The notes under the pieces are model-generated. The model did not search any database and was not told where the DNA came from. It saw only the letters and a list, made by a program, of their open reading frames with translations. The position numbers were made by a program, and so were the translations under genes. From the sequence record MT366760.1: a DNA stretch of 64,000 nucleotides; one strand, given 5' to 3'. Positions 46,766-55,394 of this stretch are shown in pieces; position 1 is the stretch's first letter, and each line of letters opens with the position of its first letter.

Positions 46766-48622
46766 ATGAAAAGCAAAAAGACAACCAGTAAGGCTTTTAT
46801 CGAAGCTATTGAAAAGCTCACCAAATACCCAGAACACCCAGTCACACTCCTCCACGATGTTGTAACAGCTTACCTAACAGACTTAGGTGTCCCAGAAAAG
46901 AAACTGGCTTTATGTGAGAAACACATGTGCCACCTCTTCGGTCACCATATCGCAAGTCGCCATGATCTTGCTCGGTCTAAAAAAGGCAGCCACAACATCA
47001 ACCCTTGGATTCCACTACCCTACACTTTGCTCAATAGCGAATTCTATTCTTTGTACAAAGAAAAGTTCAAAGATGGTAAATCTATTTGGCAACACCTTAT
47101 GGAATCCAAAGACAACCCACTCTTTGTAATAGACACCTACTACTACCAATCAACTAAAGCTAAGCGCGGCAAATGCCGTAGATACAAATTGAATGAACAG
47201 TTACTGAATTTGTTTTATACTCTATGTGTCAAAACATTTACTGACCTAGAAAAGAAAGAGCCTAAAATGAATTTTTTATCAGGTGCCTATGGGAGGACGT
47301 TTTGTATTGCAACTGGTATTGACATCGCCTCTGAATTGAAACGCTTGCAATTACACGTAAAATCAAAAGTAGGTGCATCCGGTCATCGCGTACTCTACAA
47401 AGATCGCGGACGTAGTATCCGAACATCCGACTACCTTAAGGATAAGACTCGTGTTCAATTCCCTAGGTTGCAAACACAAGCTATCAATAATGCATGTGCT
47501 TCCTTCCCCATCGACATGGTTGAAATATTTGATTACCTAGACGAAGAGGGTGCCAAACTAGTTGATGGTCGTATGCCAGTAGGTGGTAAGGACTACTGCA
47601 AATTCATGAACAACTTCTGGGCTGTTCAAAGGATGTGTGAATGTAAATACATCGCACAATCCCCTCGACGTGTTGAATTTTATCCTAGCTATGACACACG
47701 AGCAACTTTTGGTAGCCGAACGTTCGGCAATCCTACTCAGAACATTTCAAGTAAGTTGAAACAACGTGCAGCAGGTCCGTACCTGAAATCAGAAGATAAT
47801 CCTTATGGTTGGCATATTATCAACTACGACATCGAAAGTTCTCAGATGTATTTTCTTAGCGTTATATTGAAAGCGTATAACATTGATTGCCCTTGGTTAA
47901 CTGACTTCCTTGCTAATAGTAGTAAGAAAGATCTAGCACGTAGTCTAGGTATAAACGTTAAGACTCTTAAAATTATAATGTACGCACTGGTATTCGGAGC
48001 ACCCCTGAACAAAAATTTCAATATAAAGGTGCTAAAACATAAACGACACATCTTAGTAGATGAAATGTATAGTGGTCTAGTTGACCATGGTTACCTACAA
48101 AGTGATGATTTCGAAATAGAGAATGTCCTAGGTGGGGCTATTATAGAAGCTATCTACTCCTGTGTTGGTTCTAAATCCAAAACTAAAGAAGTCTATGAAA
48201 ATGTTTATACCGAGTTCATTGGTCTTTATGAAGCACTAAATGAATTAGACTCCAGACTATACGAAGATTCCTACAAACCAAAACGAACAAAAGGAACGGG
48301 TCGTCATTGGAAAAATTCAGTTGGCTCCATAATATCTGAAGCAGACCTCCGTGGTGATGCACGTAAGCGAAAAGCATCCTTGCGTGCCCACATACTTCAG
48401 GGTATGGAAGCAGCATGGGTTTACTATATCATTAATAAACTATCTGAATTCTACGAGCACGCAGTTGTCTGTGGCATTGAACATGACGGGTTCATCTCAC
48501 GTCGTGTGGTTACACCAGAATGCATAGAATATGCTAATAACGAAGTGAACAAATTAACTTCTCTAACCAGATTGAAAAATGTGCGGGTAAAAGCAAAATT
48601 AATCGAGAAACCTTTTGCATAA
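46766..48622 (+). CDS. family-A DNA polymerase-fold protein without exonuclease domains, N-terminal HTH-like region
   Basis: SRTFGNPTQNIS, YDIESSQ (motif A), KTLKIIMYALVFG (motif B), ILQGMEAA, EHDG (motif C). Confidence 0.55.
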   Translation: MKSKKTTSKAFIEAIEKLTKYPEHPVTLLHDVVTAYLTDLGVPEKKLALCEKHMCHLFGHHIASRHDLARSKKGSHNINPWIPLPYTLLNSEFYSLYKEKFKDGKSIWQHLMESKDNPLFVIDTYYYQSTKAKRGKCRRYKLNEQLLNLFYTLCVKTFTDLEKKEPKMNFLSGAYGRTFCIATGIDIASELKRLQLHVKSKVGASGHRVLYKDRGRSIRTSDYLKDKTRVQFPRLQTQAINNACASFPIDMVEIFDYLDEEGAKLVDGRMPVGGKDYCKFMNNFWAVQRMCECKYIAQSPRRVEFYPSYDTRATFGSRTFGNPTQNISSKLKQRAAGPYLKSEDNPYGWHIINYDIESSQMYFLSVILKAYNIDCPWLTDFLANSSKKDLARSLGINVKTLKIIMYALVFGAPLNKNFNIKVLKHKRHILVDEMYSGLVDHGYLQSDDFEIENVLGGAIIEAIYSCVGSKSKTKEVYENVYTEFIGLYEALNELDSRLYEDSYKPKRTKGTGRHWKNSVGSIISEADLRGDARKRKASLRAHILQGMEAAWVYYIINKLSEFYEHAVVCGIEHDGFISRRVVTPECIEYANNEVNKLTSLTRLKNVRVKAKLIEKPFA

Positions 48623-48730
48623 TCTGTAAAGTAGTATTGACGACGACACGATTAGGGTACGCTGTTTAATAGACCAGAAGAGTATACGTTCTTTTTCCTT
48701 TCTGGCGTATGTCTATTATCCGTTGTACTC

Positions 48731-48771
48731 GCCAACCTATTGCATCCTTGCGATTGCGGCAATAGGTTGGC
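48731..48771 (+). promoter_or_regulatory. 13 bp perfect hairpin in the RNase H leader
   Basis: GCCAACCTATTGC/GCAATAGGTTGGC followed by pyrimidines. Confidence 0.55.
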
Positions 48772-48820
48772 TCTCTTTCTTAATTGTATTTGCGAATATA
48801 ATCAATAAAGAGAATTCCAC

Positions 48821-49471
48821 ATGGCGGGTTTCGGTAAGATAAATCCTGACCAAGGTAAGTACCGAGCAAGGTCAGGTAACTTGAATATATTACCACACCT
48901 CGATAGAAAGCTAGTAACTGAGTCACCACTAAAGACTCCCATCATTTTCTACACTGATGGCTCCTGTCTAGCGGACGATGGTTGTGGTGGGTTTAGTATC
49001 ACCCGATGGATTAAACACCCTAAAACAAAAGATACAATCGAAGTAAGTTCCTCGTGGTCATATTCAACAGACACCACTATATCAATCATGGAACTAGGTG
49101 CAGCACTGATAGCACTTAGACAAGTTGAGGGGACACAAAGACCAATCTACATTTACACCGACAGCCAATATGTTCAGAAGGGCGTCGAAGAATACCTAGC
49201 AGGTTGGGTTCGTAGTGGTCGTAGTTCACGTGGGGAAATAAAGAACCTAGGATTATGGCAGGAAATGGTAGACCTAATTAATAGGCACCATGTCGAATTC
49301 AGATGGGTTAAAGGTCACTCCGGTATAAAAGAAAACGACCGTGCTGATTTTTTGGCGGGTAATGGTCGTGCACTAGCTCTTAAGGAATCGGGGCTAGCGC
49401 ACAAAGTAAATGAAGACTACAGAATGATAGAAAATGAAGATGTACCTGGATTCATCTATCATAACTTATAA
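48821..49471 (+). CDS. rnhA: ribonuclease HI
   Basis: FYTDGSC, MELGAAL, IYTDSQYV, KNLGLW, WVKGHSG..ENDRADFLA. Confidence 0.95.
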   Translation: MAGFGKINPDQGKYRARSGNLNILPHLDRKLVTESPLKTPIIFYTDGSCLADDGCGGFSITRWIKHPKTKDTIEVSSSWSYSTDTTISIMELGAALIALRQVEGTQRPIYIYTDSQYVQKGVEEYLAGWVRSGRSSRGEIKNLGLWQEMVDLINRHHVEFRWVKGHSGIKENDRADFLAGNGRALALKESGLAHKVNEDYRMIENEDVPGFIYHNL

Positions 49472-49495
49472 ATAATAGGGGACTTTAGTAGTCCC

Positions 49496-49560
49496 TATTG
49501 GGAAGGGCACTCACCTCAGGTGTTACTGAGTTCAAAAGCGACCGAGTGTCTTTCCCAATA
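49496..49560 (+). ncRNA. candidate structured RNA: 17 bp stem with an inner hairpin, ending 1 nt before the tRNA-like gene
   Basis: TATTGGGAAGGGCACTC/GAGTGTCTTTCCCAATA (2 G-U pairs); CTCAG/CTGAG. Confidence 0.45.
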
Positions 49561-49561
49561 T

Positions 49562-49646
49562 GGTGTGGTAGTTCAACTGGATAGAACAGCAGGGTGCACC
49601 GTTAACAGACTGCCAGTTATTGGTTCAAAGCCAATCCACACCACCA
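49562..49646 (+). tRNA. tRNA-like gene (85 nt) with an 8-nt-expanded anticodon loop; identity uncertain
   Basis: Acceptor GGTGTGG/CCACACC + A + CCA; D arm GTTC/GAAC; T arm ATTGG-TTCAAAG-CCAAT; anticodon stem GCAG/CTGC. Confidence 0.8.
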
Positions 49647-49648
49647 TA

Positions 49649-49924
49649 TGCGACCTGCAACAGATTAAGTCGCAGACCGTTCCACTCAATATCTGTTGCA
49701 TTAAATCCAACGTACGCCAATACGTTGGTCAGGTCATGCCTCTGATGTCCTGGTAGTTATGTGGCTTACAGAAAACTCGTCCTATCGTCTAAAACTTAAG
49801 ACAGGGTTGGTGGCACGCCTCCCTAAACCCCGTGCCGTCATGAGAACCAACCTGAATATGGGTGCTTACCCGAATTCCCATCGGGGCGTGCGTCAACCGC
49901 AAATACAAGACTGTAAGTTTGGGG
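49649..49924 (+). ncRNA. candidate pseudoknotted structured RNA
   Basis: Multiple 6-10 bp stems, including an H-type pseudoknot at 49649-49700. Confidence 0.4.
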
Positions 49925-50056
49925 TACTACGAAAAACAGATGCATAGATACTGTGCATACCTTTACGCTGACAACGGTATGATTACTGTACCTTTACTAG
50001 ATAACTTTAAATATTATGTGGTGAATGAGAACGGCACCACGTTTGCTAAACTTTAA
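49862..50056 (+). CDS. possible small hypothetical protein (64 aa)
   Basis: Protein-like composition, ends just before the terminator; weak RBS and overlaps the predicted RNA stems. Confidence 0.35.
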   Translation: MLTRIPIGACVNRKYKTVSLGYYEKQMHRYCAYLYADNGMITVPLLDNFKYYVVNENGTTFAKL

Positions 50057-50062
50057 AGAAAT

Positions 50063-50095
50063 AAAAAGCGCAAACCCAAACGGGCTGCGCTTTTT
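50063..50095. terminator. bidirectional intrinsic terminator
   Basis: AAAAAGCGCA-AACCCAAACGGGC-TGCGCTTTTT. Confidence 0.85.
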
Positions 50096-50277
50096 AGTCC
50101 CTAATTACAGTGTTCCAAATATTCGTGCGAACTCCTGCATATTAACACCTGCTTGCTTCAGCTCTTCATCAAGCCGTGTAGCATTCGCTTGCTCAATACT
50201 TCTTCTCTCATCCGAAGCAGTTGCCGCTCTCTTTAATTTTCTACGGGCAATAGCAGCCGTATTAACTGTTCTTATAC

Positions 50278-50703
50278 TCACTTCTTAAGATCCTTCTTAA
50301 TTTCACGCCATAAACCCCTTAGATGTTTACACATACCTGCATACTCAACATGACGTTGTGTCCCGCTACCTTTTATATCTACATCTGAATAGTCATGTTC
50401 ACGGTAAGCTAATCCATTATCCTGAAGAAATGGTGCGAAGGTAAACTTGTGGTCACAGCAATCACAGTAAACCTCGAACTGGCTTTTATCAATGCGGACA
50501 CCCTTCTTAGTATCTACACAATTTTTACCATAAGCTTCCTTAGTTCGCTTGAACTTAATCTGTGCTTCGTATACTGCACCACCTGAACCCTCGAAGTCAG
50601 TTGAAAACAATACTGACTTCCTACTAACTGACATTTCCCATTCTTCTACGTCAGCACATCCGCGAACACCCTCAGTGTTTCTAAACAACTTGTTAATCTT
50701 CAT
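50278..50703 (-). CDS. SWIM-type Zn-finger protein
   Basis: VYCDC..F...MCKHL. Confidence 0.55.
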   Translation of the reverse strand: MKINKLFRNTEGVRGCADVEEWEMSVSRKSVLFSTDFEGSGGAVYEAQIKFKRTKEAYGKNCVDTKKGVRIDKSQFEVYCDCCDHKFTFAPFLQDNGLAYREHDYSDVDIKGSGTQRHVEYAGMCKHLRGLWREIKKDLKK

Positions 50704-51017
50704 AACTTAGCCCTATTTGGCTTTATCCATATATACATCATGATTATACCAGAATATCCCCCGAATTTCAATAAAAACCTCAATAAACCACTGATTCTTA
50801 CCAATTTTCTAAACTTTTTCATAAATTCCAACGGGTTACACCACTGGATAAATATGTAACAGAATCAATAACTTAGCAAATATACGCCAATATCCCCGCC
50901 CAAAACACCTAATATCCACAAAGATGCCCCAAAACTAGCGATATACAGCCTGCACACGCCCAATACTATATGGCGCGGGGATTTACCCCAAAGATAAACC
51001 CTAATAGGAGCTTTGCC

Positions 51018-52484
51018 ATGAAGCGTAAGATTAGTGTAATCGCTTCACACGCATCGAGCCTCGATGACGTGGTTCGCGTAGAACTTGCAAAATTCGGTTG
51101 TGATGACTGTGGTCACGAAACAGTGACTGTGGCAGGAACTAGCCCATTTTGTATTCATTGTTCTAGCGAGAACACCCACGAAGTCGAAGTAGTTGAGTCA
51201 AATCTGTATGACACACCGGAAGAAGAACTTTCATCAGTTACTTGTCCGCACTGTCAAACAGCTAACATCCTACCGGATGTTGAGTTGGCTTCACTAGAAG
51301 GCAAGATGGGTTGTGTGACTTGCGGTACTGAGTTATCATTATTCGTTGCAGAAACTGTTGCTGAGTCTGAAGAAGAAACTAAAGACGACGAAATGGAATC
51401 TAAAGACGAAATGGATGATGACAAGTCCGAAGAAGAATCAACGGCAGGCGAAGAGTCTGACGATGATAAGTCGGACGATGAAAAACCTGAAGACAACGAA
51501 ATGTCCGAAGACGAACCAGACGAAGACTCTGAAGAAGAAGCAAGCGTTGAAACTGAAGAAGCTGCTACTGAAGAAGAAACTGCGGGTGGTTACGGTAAAG
51601 ACATGGATGAAAGTGAAATGGAAGAAGACGAAGATGAAGACGAAGTTGCTTCATTGGAAGCTGAATTCAGTGAAGAGGCTTCAACTGAAATTCCAGAAGT
51701 AACTGAAGCTAAGATTCTAGACATCGTTATGGCAAGCATCGAAGATGATGCAACTGCTAGCGTGGACTTTGTTCCTCACGGTGACATGATTCTAGCACTT
51801 GTCGATAAGGTTCATGTTGCAACTCTAACTAAAACTGAAGAAACTGCTAACGCTGATATCTTCGGTAGTGACGAGTACATGCAAGCCCTAGCTTCTACTT
51901 TTGAGTCCGCAGGACTAGAAGGTGTTATCGAGCAGTACAACTTCGTACAATCTTCTATCAATGTTAGCGGAGAAGCACTGGCTAAATACGGCGAAGAACG
52001 CGCTAAGCTAGAAGTTGAAGCTAATGTTGAACAGGTACTAGCTGACTTTAAAGCTGACCTACGACAATCAGTTGAAATCGCTGCAAGCGGTTTAACTCGT
52101 AACTTCTTCGTTGACCACGCTCACGTAGTCAAGGAACGTTTGGTTAAAGACTTAACAGCGGCAGGTGTACGTAATGCACAAGTCCTAGTAGACACTGCTT
52201 ATGCTGAAACTGAAGACCAACACAACTCAACGATCTTCGCAATCGCAAGCGACCTAGTTGGTCGTTCACGTGATTCACGTAATGATCTATCGGATGCCGT
52301 TGCTCGTGTTCGTGCACCAATTGCTGAATCTGAAGATACTGCAAGCACAGTAGAACAACAACTTGAAACTCCGTTGGTAATCCAACAACCTCAAGTAGCT
52401 ACAGCATCACTCGTAACTAAAGGTGAAAAGACTACTAGCCGTGTTCGCGCACTTGCTAGTAAATCTCGTTTCACTTCTCGCTAA
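51018..52484 (+). CDS. probable prohead scaffold/core protein with N-terminal Zn ribbons and an acidic linker
   Basis: Four CxxC pairs; D/E-rich tract; coiled C-terminus; two genes upstream of the MCP. Start moved to 51018 (AGGAG RBS). Confidence 0.6.
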   Translation: MKRKISVIASHASSLDDVVRVELAKFGCDDCGHETVTVAGTSPFCIHCSSENTHEVEVVESNLYDTPEEELSSVTCPHCQTANILPDVELASLEGKMGCVTCGTELSLFVAETVAESEEETKDDEMESKDEMDDDKSEEESTAGEESDDDKSDDEKPEDNEMSEDEPDEDSEEEASVETEEAATEEETAGGYGKDMDESEMEEDEDEDEVASLEAEFSEEASTEIPEVTEAKILDIVMASIEDDATASVDFVPHGDMILALVDKVHVATLTKTEETANADIFGSDEYMQALASTFESAGLEGVIEQYNFVQSSINVSGEALAKYGEERAKLEVEANVEQVLADFKADLRQSVEIAASGLTRNFFVDHAHVVKERLVKDLTAAGVRNAQVLVDTAYAETEDQHNSTIFAIASDLVGRSRDSRNDLSDAVARVRAPIAESEDTASTVEQQLETPLVIQQPQVATASLVTKGEKTTSRVRALASKSRFTSR

Positions 52485-52552
52485 GGTTAAACCTTTTGCC
52501 ATTGATAACTCCGGTTATCCCGAATTTATAATCCATCTTAAGGATAGACATT

Positions 52553-53263
52553 ATGTTAAATTTCGACCGTTTACATTTCCGTACAAGTGATAATATGAAG
52601 GTCGCTCCTGGAGCGGTTATTGCGGCAGAGGGTCAAGCTCTAGTCGCAGAATACGTTGGTGGTGAACTTCATGTTAAACCATCTACTGGCGCTGCTACCG
52701 AACGCTTCGTTGGTCTTGCTATCGCGGAAACAATGACTCAAGCTTACCTACCTTTCGTAGAAGAGCACGCTGTTTCTAACTCAGCTTCAGCAACAGACAC
52801 TGTTACTCTAAGCAAAACTCCGGTTGCGGGTTCCTTACTAGTTCAAACTGTGGCAGCAGACGGAGCAGTAGCTACTCTCACAGCGGGTACACCTGGGGGT
52901 AGTGCAGCAACAACTTATAGCATCTCGGGTGCCACTGTTACGTTCTGGGCACCAACACTAGATGGTAAGTCACTACGTGTAACTGCTCGTTACGCACCTA
53001 CTGTTCTTCAGCTACGCGAGCTTCAAGGTGACCAAGCTCCAGGTTCAACTGCTTCTGCTACACTAAACGTAGTTGGTGCACTAGAACAAGGTGACTTCGA
53101 AACTTCAGAATTCGATACTACTCAAGTTTGGGATGCTAACGCAGACGTTAAACTTGGTGCGAATGGTCGCTTCACTCAAACAGGTTCAGGTAAAGTAGTT
53201 GACTGCCTAGTCACTCGCGTACCATCTGTTGATAACCCATTCCTAGGTCTAAAACTAAAGTAA
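52553..53263 (+). CDS. probable capsid decoration/stabilising protein
   Basis: Beta-rich (FVGLA, VKLGANGRFT); immediately upstream of the MCP. Confidence 0.55.
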   Translation: MLNFDRLHFRTSDNMKVAPGAVIAAEGQALVAEYVGGELHVKPSTGAATERFVGLAIAETMTQAYLPFVEEHAVSNSASATDTVTLSKTPVAGSLLVQTVAADGAVATLTAGTPGGSAATTYSISGATVTFWAPTLDGKSLRVTARYAPTVLQLRELQGDQAPGSTASATLNVVGALEQGDFETSEFDTTQVWDANADVKLGANGRFTQTGSGKVVDCLVTRVPSVDNPFLGLKLK

Positions 53264-53326
53264 TAGGCTAAGATCCTAGCTTATTTCGCTTAACCGATTT
53301 TTCCTCTTACTTAAGGAACTTTTCAC

Positions 53327-54418
53327 ATGAAAAAATTACAATTAGCAGGTCTTAATGCTAACCGTCCTACTCTAGTATCAGACCTAACACTAGCAGGTTC
53401 TAACAGCCGACTAGTCGGTCAGAATGGTGAATTCAACGTTTCGAACAACGCTGAACTTCTACAGGTTGTTGCGCAAGTAATGAGCCTAGCACAGGGCGGT
53501 CAAAAGATCGTAACTGAAGCACAAGCAGTTGAAGCAGAATCAGCAGCTAAGACTCACAAAGAAATGATTATGGCAGCTTTCGAATCGAAAGATGAACTAA
53601 TCGCACTTGGTGAAGTTATCGCTGAAGACGTACAAATCACACAGAACCGTGATGGTTTCATGCGTCGCTTCCTAGCTAAGCAAGAACTTGAGCAAGGTCA
53701 AATCCCACAAATCCGCATCAACCAGAAAAACGTTGCGGGTGTGATTGCTACTTCAGCTACTCAGACTCAAACTCAACTTCTACGTGACAACACTCAATAC
53801 CCTAACGAGTTCTATGTAACAGCTCGTCCGTTTATTGAGCAGAAAGACATCAGCCGTAGCACGACTGACATCCTAGAAGAAAAATACATCGACACTCTTG
53901 AAGCTGTAATGGTTCAAGAAGACCGCATTTGGAAACAAATGGCAGATGAAACTCTAGGTCTTTCTAACGAGTTCACTAACATCGTCGGTACAATGAATAC
54001 AGCGGCACTTGCTGCTCTAATCAACAAGGTAACTCGTTGGGGTCTACCTGCTAAATACTGGCTAATCGCTAACGACATCTGGACTGACGTAATCGCAGAT
54101 GCTTCGTTCCGTGACCAGTTCAACGCAACATCATACGCTGAAGAACTAGTTCAGACTGGTACTATCGGTAACATCTTCGGTCTAGAAGTTGTATCAGATC
54201 AGTTCCGCCATGAAGCTCACAAAGTTCTAGACGCAGGTGAAATGTACGTACTATCTAGCCCAGAAATGCATGGTCAATACACTGACCGTGATGGTCTAGA
54301 TGTTCGTCCAATCGACGACACTCATGAAAACGTTCCAGGACGTGGTTGGGTGATGACAGAGCAAATGTCTATGGCTATCGTGAACAGCCGTACTGTTGCG
54401 AAGGCTAAACGTCAATAA
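53327..54418 (+). CDS. major capsid protein (HK97 fold)
   Basis: Extreme codon bias, strong terminator downstream, E-loop/P-domain-like pattern (MRRFL..QELEQGQIPQI; IGNIFGLEVVSD), position in the head module. Confidence 0.8.
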   Translation: MKKLQLAGLNANRPTLVSDLTLAGSNSRLVGQNGEFNVSNNAELLQVVAQVMSLAQGGQKIVTEAQAVEAESAAKTHKEMIMAAFESKDELIALGEVIAEDVQITQNRDGFMRRFLAKQELEQGQIPQIRINQKNVAGVIATSATQTQTQLLRDNTQYPNEFYVTARPFIEQKDISRSTTDILEEKYIDTLEAVMVQEDRIWKQMADETLGLSNEFTNIVGTMNTAALAALINKVTRWGLPAKYWLIANDIWTDVIADASFRDQFNATSYAEELVQTGTIGNIFGLEVVSDQFRHEAHKVLDAGEMYVLSSPEMHGQYTDRDGLDVRPIDDTHENVPGRGWVMTEQMSMAIVNSRTVAKAKRQ

Positions 54419-54445
54419 GATCTGACAATTAGACTTTAATGACCT

Positions 54446-54475
54446 AAATGGGTGGCGAGACTGCCACCCATTTTT
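54446..54475 (+). terminator. intrinsic terminator after the MCP
   Basis: AAATGGGTGGC/GCCACCCATTT plus T-tract. Confidence 0.85.
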
Positions 54476-54492
54476 GTATGAGGACAAAACTT

Positions 54493-54735
54493 ATGTTGGA
54501 GAAGCATAATAAATCCCTTGATTTTGTTTTGTCAGCTCTCGTTAAAGTAAGTGATGGTAATTTAGAGGGTGCACTAGCGAACTTAGTTTCCGCTAGTAAA
54601 ACATCTGATTTCAATGAAGCTATTAAAGCTATGGATGCTCGTCAACAAGAGTTATTCGATAAAGATAATTCTGATGATGATACCACAGATGACGGAATGG
54701 AAGCACCCGATTATAAAAGTAAGAAAGAATTGTAG
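54493..54735 (+). CDS. small hypothetical protein
   Basis: GAGGA RBS before the ATG at 54493. Confidence 0.55.
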   Translation: MLEKHNKSLDFVLSALVKVSDGNLEGALANLVSASKTSDFNEAIKAMDARQQELFDKDNSDDDTTDDGMEAPDYKSKKEL

Positions 54736-54744
54736 GTACCCCCT

Positions 54745-55392
54745 ATGAGTAAACGTATTGATGAATTAACATTCTATGGTATCTGCCGTATGCTTGAACG
54801 TGTTTTCAAAGTACCAGAAGACACCATCAAGATTCGTACCCGTGACGACGCTTATGACGTTTTCGTTCAGAAGCATGACAAAAAACCTAACTACCCCTTC
54901 GCTTACTTGACGTTTACAAGTGGCGAGACTAACACTCGGGAAACTCGTGCAGACGTACCCGCACGCGAAGGTATTAAATCACGTATGGTAAACGTAGGTA
55001 CTACGGACACTGGTGTAATGTCCACTGGTTACCAGATAGGTGTTGTTCCCTATACGTTTAATCTTACTTTTAACTACGTCACACAAGATTACCTTGACGT
55101 ACTGACTTTTAATGCGCGAGCTGCATTCGCACGTACAAAGTCTAAATTAGACTTCGACCTTAACTTCAAAGATGGGCGGTACCCGATAAAAGTAGAACCT
55201 GAACAAACCGTCAGCATTCCTCTCAAATCAAAACTTGGGTTGGACGCAGGCGCGTATGAACTAGAATTGGGTTTGGTAATTAGTGGGTTCGTCTCATCAC
55301 CTGAGGGTGAAGACGACTTTGAAGTTCCACTAATCCGTGAAGTCAATCTTGAAGTTAGAGTAGAAGACAGACCTACTACGACGGAGACTTAA
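54745..55392 (+). CDS. probable tail terminator/completion protein
   Basis: YPFAYL and VPYTFNLTFNYVT beta pattern; precedes the sheath. Confidence 0.5.
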   Translation: MSKRIDELTFYGICRMLERVFKVPEDTIKIRTRDDAYDVFVQKHDKKPNYPFAYLTFTSGETNTRETRADVPAREGIKSRMVNVGTTDTGVMSTGYQIGVVPYTFNLTFNYVTQDYLDVLTFNARAAFARTKSKLDFDLNFKDGRYPIKVEPEQTVSIPLKSKLGLDAGAYELELGLVISGFVSSPEGEDDFEVPLIREVNLEVRVEDRPTTTET

Positions 55393-55394
55393 TC

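Noticed and set aside
49562-49960. tmRNA, RNase P RNA, hammerhead or c-di-GMP-I riboswitch
   Set aside because: The tRNA-like unit is complete with a D arm and lacks the G3-U70 Ala identity of tmRNA; no GAGGAAAGUCC; CTGATGT lacks the hammerhead core and stem II; the CCTAAAC resemblance lacks the rest of the aptamer
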